NCBI GenBank assembly: GCA_023245695.1
Contig: JAHFJT010000002.1
Coordinates: 1-27,409, forward strand
DNA: 27,409 nucleotides
Reading direction: 5' to 3'
Source of the DNA: Candidatus Peregrinibacteria bacterium
Lineage (GTDB): Bacteria; Patescibacteriota; Gracilibacteria; UBA1369; UBA12463
This document shows positions 1 to 7,084 of this stretch, piece by piece (the stretch's first letter is position 1; each line of letters begins with the position of its first letter). Under the pieces are notes generated by a model that was not told the origin of the DNA, searched no databases, and worked only from the letters and a program-made list of their open reading frames with translations. Both the position numbers and the translations under genes were made by a program.

Positions 1-409
1 TTTGCATTTTTTCTCGTACAAGTGTCGCGCTGATACTCAGCCGCTTCTCTACAGAGTGTACCGTATGTTTTCCATTTTTCTTAAACAATCTTTTGGTCGT
101 CCCTGAGCCGGTATAGACTGTCTCAAAAGGAGGCGTGAGTCGTTCTACATGCTCGACCCACTTGTCGTCATTGTGGATATCCCGCACGGGAATAATGGCG
201 TACCGCTCACGCGAAATGCCCGCCTCTTCGAGTGAGGCATCGATCATGGTGTACCGTTCGCTGCCAGTGAATGGATTCTCAGAAGTTCCATGATCTTCTG
301 CAGAACCGATCACGATAATGACATGTTTCTCGTGTTTGAGAACTTGCTTCAACGCGTCCAGGTGTCCGAGGTGAAATGGTTGGAAGCGGCCAAGGTACAT
401 TCCTGACAT
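1..409 (-). CDS. nadM: Nicotinamide-nucleotide adenylyltransferase (archaeal/NadM-type); 3' end runs off the window
   Basis: Not in the ORF track. Manual translation from the ATG at 409: MSGMYLGRFQPFHLGHLDALKQVL...IGSAE...ENPFTGSER...SISATLVRE. It has the HxGH motif and the GRFQPFH, NPF and ISAT motifs of NMNATs, and lies directly downstream of nadE. Confidence 0.85.
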   Translation of the reverse strand, partial: MSGMYLGRFQPFHLGHLDALKQVLKHEKHVIIVIGSAEDHGTSENPFTGSERYTMIDASLEEAGISRERYAIIPVRDIHNDDKWVEHVERLTPPFETVYTGSGTTKRLFKKNGKHTVHSVEKRLSISATLVREKMQ

Positions 410-466
410 GGGGTGATGTTAGAGTAAACATTTCGGGGATCGGGCGGCGTAGCGACGTGGGCGTCG

Positions 467-1234
467 CTATACTCGGGTGATTTTGATCACGGGAATTGGC
501 GAGGTCTTGTGCTTATTTTCTTCAATGCGTCGAAGGGTTCGATTGAGGGTGCTTGGATTCATGCCTTTCTCAAGCAGTTTTTCGAAACCGATCTCATGTT
601 GTTTGAGAATTGGATCGAGCTCGTTGTAGGTCGCACCGAGTTCACTTTCGTCGGTCTGATTTGGCATGAGTTCGGCGGAAGGTTTCTTTTCGATGAGTTC
701 ATCTGGGAGTCCAATGTAGCGAGAAACCGCATACACATCTTCTTTGTAGAGGTCGGCGATCACCTCGATATCGGCAGCAAAGTCACCAAACTTCGTTCCA
801 TATCCGAGCATAATTTCACTTTTATTCGAGGTTCCGAGTACGAGCGCGTTGAAGGTATTGGCATAGTGATAGAGCATCGTCATGCGAACTCGTGGCTTCA
901 CATTCATCTGGGCGGTTGGATTTCCTTTCCATGGAAGCGTGCCAAAATCCATGAGAAACTTATTAATCTGAACGGTGTGAAACTTCACCCCAAGAAAGTC
1001 ACAGAGCGTTCGAGCGTGAAACGTGTTTTCTTCGCGGGTCACATTTTTTTCTGGCATGAGAAGTGCAGTGACGTTGTCGGCGCCAAGGGCGTCGACGGCG
1101 ATTTTCAAGGTAAGGGCGGAGTCGATTCCACCGGAAACTCCGAGAACGGCCTTCGTAAAATTATGCTTCTTGAAGTATTCCTGAAGCCCGCTGACGAGCT
1201 GTTCGTAGATCTGGGCAAGTTGAGTCTGGTCCAT
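467..1234 (-). CDS. nadE: NH3-dependent NAD+ synthetase
   Basis: LGVSGGIDSA ATP-PPase loop, NVKPRVRM, GTSNKSE, GYGTKFGD, PSAEL..QTDE motifs; single domain with no glutaminase. Confidence 0.95.
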   Translation of the reverse strand: MDQTQLAQIYEQLVSGLQEYFKKHNFTKAVLGVSGGIDSALTLKIAVDALGADNVTALLMPEKNVTREENTFHARTLCDFLGVKFHTVQINKFLMDFGTLPWKGNPTAQMNVKPRVRMTMLYHYANTFNALVLGTSNKSEIMLGYGTKFGDFAADIEVIADLYKEDVYAVSRYIGLPDELIEKKPSAELMPNQTDESELGATYNELDPILKQHEIGFEKLLEKGMNPSTLNRTLRRIEENKHKTSPIPVIKITRV

Positions 1235-1306
1235 GATGAAAGGTGTTATGGGAGTCGGAATAGCGTGAGTGAAAGTGCGCGTTTCTGCGCTGGGATATCG
1301 TACCGA

Positions 1307-1765
1307 TTATGCGTATTTTTTCAAGGCGCGTTTGATGTCGAGGTTTTCAGCTTTTTTCTTGAGGTCGTCACGTCGGTCGTGCATCTTTTTGCCCCTGCAG
1401 ACGCCAATCAAGATCTTCACGAGATTTTTTACACCGTAGATCTCGAGAGGAATAAGGGTGATGCCTTTCTGGGACTGAAGCTGTTCTAGCTTCAAAAGCT
1501 GCTCGGTGTGGAGCAGGAGCTTGCGAACGCGGGTCGGTTCGACGGGATTGTGGTCGTATTTGTAGTTGGTGACGTAGACATTCCGGAGCCAGGCAGCTTT
1601 ATTTCCAATGTCGACGTAGCTTCCTTTGAGATTCACTTGGCCAGCTTTGACAGACTTGACCTCGCCGCCGGTGAGCTGGACTCCAGCTTCAAATTTCTCG
1701 AATATTTCGTAGAAGGCGTAGGCTTTCTTGTTTTTGGCGTAACTGGTATCGATAGGCTTGGGCAT
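1307..1765 (-). CDS. smpB: SsrA-binding protein SmpB
   Basis: NKKAY..YEI.EKFEAGVQLTGGEVKS, RKLLLH, RGKKMHDRR motifs. Start moved to MPKP (1765) because the longer ORF start precedes the conserved N-terminus. Confidence 0.95.
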   Translation of the reverse strand: MPKPIDTSYAKNKKAYAFYEIFEKFEAGVQLTGGEVKSVKAGQVNLKGSYVDIGNKAAWLRNVYVTNYKYDHNPVEPTRVRKLLLHTEQLLKLEQLQSQKGITLIPLEIYGVKNLVKILIGVCRGKKMHDRRDDLKKKAENLDIKRALKKYA

Positions 1766-1827
1766 GGGCGTAGTGTAACGGTTTGGAAGATTGGCGGCAA
1801 ATCGTGGTCGTTTGAAGCACAAACAGC

Positions 1828-1855
1828 TTTACAAGACGCTCAATTGTGATACAAT
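1828..1855 (+). promoter_or_regulatory. Sigma70-like promoter of the VirD4-like gene
   Basis: TTTACA (1828-1833), 16-nt spacer, TACAAT (1850-1855) with extended-10 TG at 1847-1848. Confidence 0.6.
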
Positions 1856-1891
1856 AGAGTTCTACGGTGTCAACACCCTCTATTCGATCTC

Positions 1892-4135
1892 ATGGCTAAG
1901 CTACGATATCTTCACATTATTGTTCCACAAGGTTCTCCTGACACTCCCAAGATTGAGGAAAAGTTTCAGGGGCTCCTTTTGAATCTGCGAAATACGGTTA
2001 TGGGTAAGCGATTTTCTTTTGAGTACTTTGGTCACGCGCAGTACGCATACTTTTTTGTGGTGGTGGAGGAGTACTTGAAGGAGACGATCGAGTCGCTCAT
2101 TTATGCGATGTATCCAGATGCTGAAATTCAAGAGACCGAGGACTACGTGAAGCAGTTCAATCCAAAGGGACAGGCGCTTGCTGGTGCCGATATTTTGCTC
2201 CATCATGCGGATGTGTATCCGATCAAAACCTACTCGGATTTTGGTGAGGATAGTATGTCGCGTTTGTTTTCGGTGATCTCAAAAATCAGTGCGAAGGATC
2301 AGGTCTGGGTGCAGATCGTGGTTGAGCCGACGGACGATTCTGCGGGCTTTTTCTTCAAGAGAAACTGGCGTCATCGCTTCGCGAACTTACACCATTTTTT
2401 CAGTATTAAGGATCGTTTTCGTGCTGGTGGTCGAAGTGCGATCAGTGAATTGCGTCACCACAAGTCTCATGAAAAGGACTCAGAGAAGCCATTCCGCGTG
2501 GGTATCCGATGTGCCTACATTGCCGAGACGCATGAAGATGCTGATCGAAAACTTGAGGCCGTGATTAATAGTTTTTACCAGTTCAACGATAGTGATATCA
2601 ATGAATTTCACGCGCATCGAACGCACGATCTCAACTCGTTTATGCGTGCATATAAGGGCCGAACGTTGGGTGAAGGATTCACCATGTCGGCCAAGGAAAT
2701 TGCGACGTTGTACCATATTCCGAATGCGGATTTTGTTCCGCATATCGTTCACGTCCAAGCCCGAAAAGCTGATCCGCCACAGGATTTGCCGCGTTCTGGT
2801 GAGCCAGATGTGAGTGGATTTGGTGTGACGAATTACCATAATAATTTCGTGCCGTTTGGTATTCGACGCGCGGATCGACGACGACATTTGTATGCGGTGG
2901 GTAAGTCTGGTTCTGGTAAGAGTAAGCTCTTGGAGCTGCTCATTATTCAGGATATCAAAGATGGAAAGGGTTTCGGTGTGCTGGATCCGCACGGTGATCT
3001 TATCGATAATATTATGCGGTACATTCCGCCGGAACGTGTGAAGGATGTGATTCTTTTTGATCCTGCCGATACGGCATTTCCGATTGCGTTCAATCCGCTG
3101 GAGTCGATCGATGACGCGTACAAGATGCAGGTGACGATTGGATTTTTGGATATTTTCAAGAAAGTGTTTGGTGACAACTGGACGTACCGACTTGAGCACG
3201 TGCTTCGATATACGACGCTCGCGCTTTTGGATAGCCCAAATACGACGATCCTCTCGATCATGAAGATGCTCACGGATAAGAATTACCGACAGAAGATTGT
3301 GTCGAGAATTCAGGACTCGGTGGTGAAGAACTTCTGGGTTTCTGAGTTTGCGGCGTGGTCGGAAAAGTTCGACTCTGAAGCCATTACACCGCTTCTCAAT
3401 AAAGTGGGTCAGCTCGTCGCGACGAATATGGTTCGAAATATTATTGGTCAGCCACAGACGAAGTTTAATCTTCGAGATGTGATGGATAACAAAAAAATCT
3501 TGCTCTTGAAGGTCTCGAAAGGTCTGCTCGGTGAGGAAAACTCGGGTTTGATCGGTTCGATGGTGATTACGAAGTTGTTCCAGGCAGCGATGAGTCGCGC
3601 GAATATTCCGGAGGAGCAGCGTGAGGATTTTTACTTTTACGTGGATGAGTTCCAGAACTTTGCGACAGATACCTTCTCGGAAATTCTTTCAGAGGCTCGA
3701 AAATATCGCTTGAATCTCACAATTGCGCATCAGTATATGGGCCAATTGAGCGAGGTCGTTCGAAAGACGGTCTTCGGTAATGTGGGTTCGATGGTGAGCT
3801 TTCGTGTGGGTGCGGATGATGCCGCGGTGCTCGAAGGTGAGTACACTCCCGTCTTCAAAGTTCGAGATATTATCAATCTCGGTGTCCGAGAATTCTATAC
3901 CAAGATGTCGGTGAATGGTGAATTGCGAGAGGCCTTTTCTGGCCGTACGCTCAGCGTTCCACCCGTTGAAAATGACCAGACGGCTGAAATTATCCGACTC
4001 TCTCGTGAGAAGTATTGCGCCCCAAAAGCTGAAGTCGAAGAGATGATGCTTCGTTGGGACGAGAGCGCTTCAGCCCCTCCAAAAGCCGAGGAGGTCGCGC
4101 AGATGGAGGAGAAGGTTGAGGAGCCGATTATTTAG
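1892..4135 (+). CDS. VirD4/TraD/TrwB-like (HerA-FtsK superfamily) coupling-protein ATPase with N-terminal extension
   Basis: Walker A GKSGSGKS, LDPHGDL, Walker B YVDEFQNF, SEARKYRLNLTIAHQY, FGNVGSMVSFRVG motifs. Confidence 0.85.
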   Translation: MAKLRYLHIIVPQGSPDTPKIEEKFQGLLLNLRNTVMGKRFSFEYFGHAQYAYFFVVVEEYLKETIESLIYAMYPDAEIQETEDYVKQFNPKGQALAGADILLHHADVYPIKTYSDFGEDSMSRLFSVISKISAKDQVWVQIVVEPTDDSAGFFFKRNWRHRFANLHHFFSIKDRFRAGGRSAISELRHHKSHEKDSEKPFRVGIRCAYIAETHEDADRKLEAVINSFYQFNDSDINEFHAHRTHDLNSFMRAYKGRTLGEGFTMSAKEIATLYHIPNADFVPHIVHVQARKADPPQDLPRSGEPDVSGFGVTNYHNNFVPFGIRRADRRRHLYAVGKSGSGKSKLLELLIIQDIKDGKGFGVLDPHGDLIDNIMRYIPPERVKDVILFDPADTAFPIAFNPLESIDDAYKMQVTIGFLDIFKKVFGDNWTYRLEHVLRYTTLALLDSPNTTILSIMKMLTDKNYRQKIVSRIQDSVVKNFWVSEFAAWSEKFDSEAITPLLNKVGQLVATNMVRNIIGQPQTKFNLRDVMDNKKILLLKVSKGLLGEENSGLIGSMVITKLFQAAMSRANIPEEQREDFYFYVDEFQNFATDTFSEILSEARKYRLNLTIAHQYMGQLSEVVRKTVFGNVGSMVSFRVGADDAAVLEGEYTPVFKVRDIINLGVREFYTKMSVNGELREAFSGRTLSVPPVENDQTAEIIRLSREKYCAPKAEVEEMMLRWDESASAPPKAEEVAQMEEKVEEPII

Positions 4136-4160
4136 TTGCGACTTTTCGGCGCATTTTAGT

Positions 4161-5837
4161 TTAGTACACCGCCTCCAGATAACACTTCTCGCAATACACG
4201 ATTTCTGGGCGATCCGGGGCGTAGGTGGTCTCGATAGGCTTGCTGCAGTGCATGCAGGTGCGTGCGTAGAGGCGCGGAGGGTTACGGAGGGTCATGCGTT
4301 CGCCATGACGGCAATCCGGGCATTTGTGGGGGATGGGAAGGTTGATGTTGCGAAGACGATTGAGTTCTTGAGGGATGATGCGATAGTTTTTGCCACAGTT
4401 TTCGCAGGCGAGGAGTTCTTTGGTGATCGTGTCGGGAGCGTCAGCGATCCTTTCTGGAATTTGATACGTTTGTGGTTTGTAGTCTTTCTGATCTGGATCT
4501 TTCCAGTGCATGCCACGTGCGAGAGCGACGTCTTTGGTAAGCGGAACGTAGTCTTGTGCGACGGTTTCGTTGTAGCCGTAAGGTGAGTGCCACATCGGGA
4601 ACATTTGTCCCCATTCGCCGGTTTTTATCATGTGCGCGATGATCGGTGGAACGAGTTCTTCGTACTGTTCTTTGGTGTACTGTTTGTTGAAGATGCAGTA
4701 CTGCTTTTTTCTCAAGCCGCTGCAGCCAAAGAGGTTTGATGAGTTGAAACAGAACTCGCTGTAGGCGACGTTCTGGCTGTGAAATACATAGAGTGAAAAG
4801 ATGACGTTGTAGGTTTCGATCGTACCCATAACCTGATAGTTGAGCTCGGGCTTGAGGTACATATTGCTGCAGTCGATGAGGTCTTTCACATTCACGCCGA
4901 CTTTGATGTACTTACAATCCTGGCTGTCGTTGACGTCGTAGCAGTCCGTGCAGTTCTGGGTGTTCGTCAAAAAGTCACCACTGGAGTTTTCGCTGTTGAT
5001 GATGTTGGCGTACTTGTGGATGCGCTTTTTTCTGAGATCGCTAATGATTTCCTTCGCTTTTTGAACCGCGTTGTGCGAGCCAAGAAATTCCTGAACTTTT
5101 TGGGTGTAGAGCTCTTTGCTGACGGGTTCATTCATGAAGTAAAACTCTTTGTTGTTGAGGTTTGTGGAGAGGAAGCAGTTTCGGCAGCCTTTGAGATTTT
5201 CTGAGAATCCGCAGTCATACGAATTTTGGCTATACGATGTGTAGATGCAGTTGTTGCAGTTTTTGACGTAGAAACATTCGTAGAGAAGTTCCGAGTCGTA
5301 GACATAGTCGGAGTCCATGATATCTCGGGAGTTCTGGACCAATTTTCCGTAGTAGCAGTCTTCTGAATTTTCTGAGCAGTTAATGAGATGGCAGTTTTTG
5401 CAGTAGCCGGTTCCGGTCGTGTATTGGCAGTTTTCGTTACCGATCTGGATGAGATTGACGTGAGGAATTTTGGCGGAGAGTTCGTTGAACTGTTCGAAAA
5501 ATGGCCGGCTGAAGTCAAAATCCTGACCATACGAGAGGCCGTCCCAGTTTTCACTCCACCACTCTTCGTGGGTGTAAATTCTATATTTCTTACCCCACTC
5601 GGTATCTGGAGAGTAGAGAGCAATGAGCGGTTTTCCCGTCACGGCTGAGACATTGTGATACATATTCTGCTCATTACGGTGCACGGTTCGGAGTGCGAGT
5701 CGGCATGATGGACAGTTCGTCGGTGCAGGAATCTCAAATGTCTGCTCGCCAATTTTTGGTGCAATTTTCTTGAGGAACTCGAGTTCTTGATTCGTGATTT
5801 CGTAGGCGGATTGGCAGGTGGTGCAGGTGGAGGTCAT
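4161..5837 (-). CDS. Cys-rich zinc-ribbon / repeat protein of unknown function (family common in CPR), copy 1
   Basis: N-terminal CxxC and CPSCR, FDFSRPFFEQ, many NC/DC/SxxC repeats, LFGC.GL.KKQYCI.NKQY, GEWG..FP, C-terminal CxxC pairs ending YCEKCYLEAVY. Start set at MTSTC (5837) by alignment with copy 2. Confidence 0.8.
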   Translation of the reverse strand: MTSTCTTCQSAYEITNQELEFLKKIAPKIGEQTFEIPAPTNCPSCRLALRTVHRNEQNMYHNVSAVTGKPLIALYSPDTEWGKKYRIYTHEEWWSENWDGLSYGQDFDFSRPFFEQFNELSAKIPHVNLIQIGNENCQYTTGTGYCKNCHLINCSENSEDCYYGKLVQNSRDIMDSDYVYDSELLYECFYVKNCNNCIYTSYSQNSYDCGFSENLKGCRNCFLSTNLNNKEFYFMNEPVSKELYTQKVQEFLGSHNAVQKAKEIISDLRKKRIHKYANIINSENSSGDFLTNTQNCTDCYDVNDSQDCKYIKVGVNVKDLIDCSNMYLKPELNYQVMGTIETYNVIFSLYVFHSQNVAYSEFCFNSSNLFGCSGLRKKQYCIFNKQYTKEQYEELVPPIIAHMIKTGEWGQMFPMWHSPYGYNETVAQDYVPLTKDVALARGMHWKDPDQKDYKPQTYQIPERIADAPDTITKELLACENCGKNYRIIPQELNRLRNINLPIPHKCPDCRHGERMTLRNPPRLYARTCMHCSKPIETTYAPDRPEIVYCEKCYLEAVY

Positions 5838-5974
5838 GGGAGGGTGAGTAGATGTTCTAAGCATGTATTAAGGCTTTATTTTGCATAAAAGTCAACCTTT
5901 CGTTGGAAACTTTCGACATTCATTGTCTTATTATTTTGCTTTGATTAAGGCTATTTTTTACGGTATTATCTTTT

Positions 5975-6002
5975 CTGACGAAACTTTTCCACACAATATA
6001 AT
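5975..6002 (+). promoter_or_regulatory. Putative promoter of TrmB-like regulator 1 (very short leader)
   Basis: CTGACG (5975-5980), 16 nt, TATAAT (5997-6002); ATG follows 9 nt after the -10 box. Confidence 0.45.
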
Positions 6003-6011
6003 CTTACTCTT

Positions 6012-6785
6012 ATGATCGCACAACTTCTCAAACTTGGACTCACTTCGAAAGAGGCGGCGGTGTATATGGCGCTGATGGGGCTTGGGGTGAGTTCGCCGGT
6101 GTCGACGATTGCGAAGAAGGCAAATGTGAATCGAACGACGACGTACGATATTCTTGAGATTCTCCTCGAAAAGGGTTTGGTAATTGGTCAGAAAAAGAAG
6201 TCGAGCCAGTACTATGAGGCGCTTCCTCCAGAAAAAATTGTGTCGTATTTGAAAGAGCAGAGTGAGCGATTTTCTCATTTGGCGAAAGAGGCAGAGACGA
6301 TACTTCCAGAATTGAATGCGCATTATAATGCCTCTGGTAGGCCAAAAGTGTACTTTTATGAAGGCGACGAGGGGTTGATTCGTGTCTACGAAGAGACGCT
6401 TACTTCGCATGAAGAGATCCTTGCGTATGCTTCTGATCAGGCTAATCAGGATGCCATTCCATGGTATTTCCCGCAGTACTATAAGCGCCGTGCCGCGAAG
6501 AAAATTCCAATTCGTGCGCTCTTTCCGGATACGCCAAAGGATCGTGAACGCCACTCTTTGGATGGAGATGAATTACGCCGTAGTCGATTATTGCCTAAAA
6601 ACAAGCTTGATTTCACACCTGAGATTAATATCTTCGACAACAAAATCATGATTGCCGACTGGAAAGAAAAGCTCGGAATTGTTATCGAGAGCGAGGAGAT
6701 CGTGAAGGTCTTCAAACAGACCTTTGAGCTGGCCTGGGAGGCTTCGGAGAAGTATCACCGGAAAGTGATGGGTAAGAAAGATTAG
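6012..6785 (+). CDS. TrmB-family HTH transcriptional regulator, copy 1
   Basis: N-terminal LGLT.KEA.VY.AL..LG..PVSTIAKKA.VNRTT.YDIL..L..KGLV winged HTH; C-terminal V.FYEG.EG and EINIFDNKI...W.E...I.IES..I...FKQ.FEL.W domain. Confidence 0.85.
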   Translation: MIAQLLKLGLTSKEAAVYMALMGLGVSSPVSTIAKKANVNRTTTYDILEILLEKGLVIGQKKKSSQYYEALPPEKIVSYLKEQSERFSHLAKEAETILPELNAHYNASGRPKVYFYEGDEGLIRVYEETLTSHEEILAYASDQANQDAIPWYFPQYYKRRAAKKIPIRALFPDTPKDRERHSLDGDELRRSRLLPKNKLDFTPEINIFDNKIMIADWKEKLGIVIESEEIVKVFKQTFELAWEASEKYHRKVMGKKD

Positions 6786-6918
6786 TTTGCTGATTTTAAA
6801 ATATTATTTTTTATTTTCAATCTCTTTTTTGCTTTTATATAAGCCATTTTTTCATTTGTAATCTTTTTGTAAGAGGTTTGTAATGTTCATTTGATAGTGT
6901 TTGTTTTGTCAGATGCGT

Positions 6919-6990
6919 GGGGAAGCCTCTAGGTGAGGACGACGTTCTCGACAGACGTCTAGGCGGGTTCGAATCCCGTCTTCTCCACCA
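6919..6990 (+). tRNA. Non-canonical 72-nt tRNA(-like) gene, anticodon CGA, acceptor with G3:U70 and A73, encoded CCA
   Basis: Acceptor GGGGAAG/CTTCTCC (7 bp, G3:U70) + A + CCA. D-arm CCTC-TAGGT-GAGG with no 8/9 connector. AC linker. Six-bp anticodon stem GACGTT/GACGTC around loop CTCGACA. Three-nt variable loop TAG. T-arm GCGGG-TTCGAAT-CCCGT. Confidence 0.75.
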
Positions 6991-7010
6991 ACTTCTGACA
7001 ATAGTCGACA

Positions 7011-7043
7011 AAAAGGAGAGCGATTAACTCGCTGCTCCTTTTT
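7011..7043. terminator. Bidirectional rho-independent terminator between the tRNA-like gene and Cys-rich copy 2
   Basis: AAAAGGAG-AGCGA-ttaac-TCGCT-g-CTCCTTTTT hairpin with A and T tracts on both sides, between convergent genes. Confidence 0.75.
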
Positions 7044-7050
7044 GTTATAA

Positions 7051-7066
7051 GACGTTCTCGACAGAC
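7051..7066 (+). repeat. 16-nt direct repeat of the anticodon arm of the tRNA-like gene
   Basis: GACGTTCTCGACAGAC at 7051-7066 is identical to 6941-6956. Confidence 0.9.
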
Positions 7067-7084
7067 ACCTATATTATACCACAC

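Noticed and set aside
449-469. Perfect 8-bp hairpin TAGCGACG-tggg-CGTCGCTA at the nadE stop, and small hairpins flanking tRNA-Ser
   Set aside because: No U-tract and no further copies found in the window, so neither a terminator nor a REP family can be supported.
509-1489. 326-aa plus-strand ORF
   Set aside because: Antisense shadow of nadE and smpB, which have clear family motifs; no recognisable motifs of its own.
6919-6990. Reading the element as a standard or permuted tmRNA (ssrA) gene
   Set aside because: It has a tmRNA-like acceptor (GGGG, G3:U70, ACCA) but closes into a 72-nt cloverleaf with no tag reading frame or pseudoknots, and 5' and 3' halves are not permuted. Kept only as a TLD-only hypothesis.
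6919-6990. Calling it tRNA-Pyl or evidence of amber recoding
   Set aside because: Anticodon is CGA, not CUA; discriminator is A; no pyl genes in the window; TAG serves as a normal stop for several genes here.
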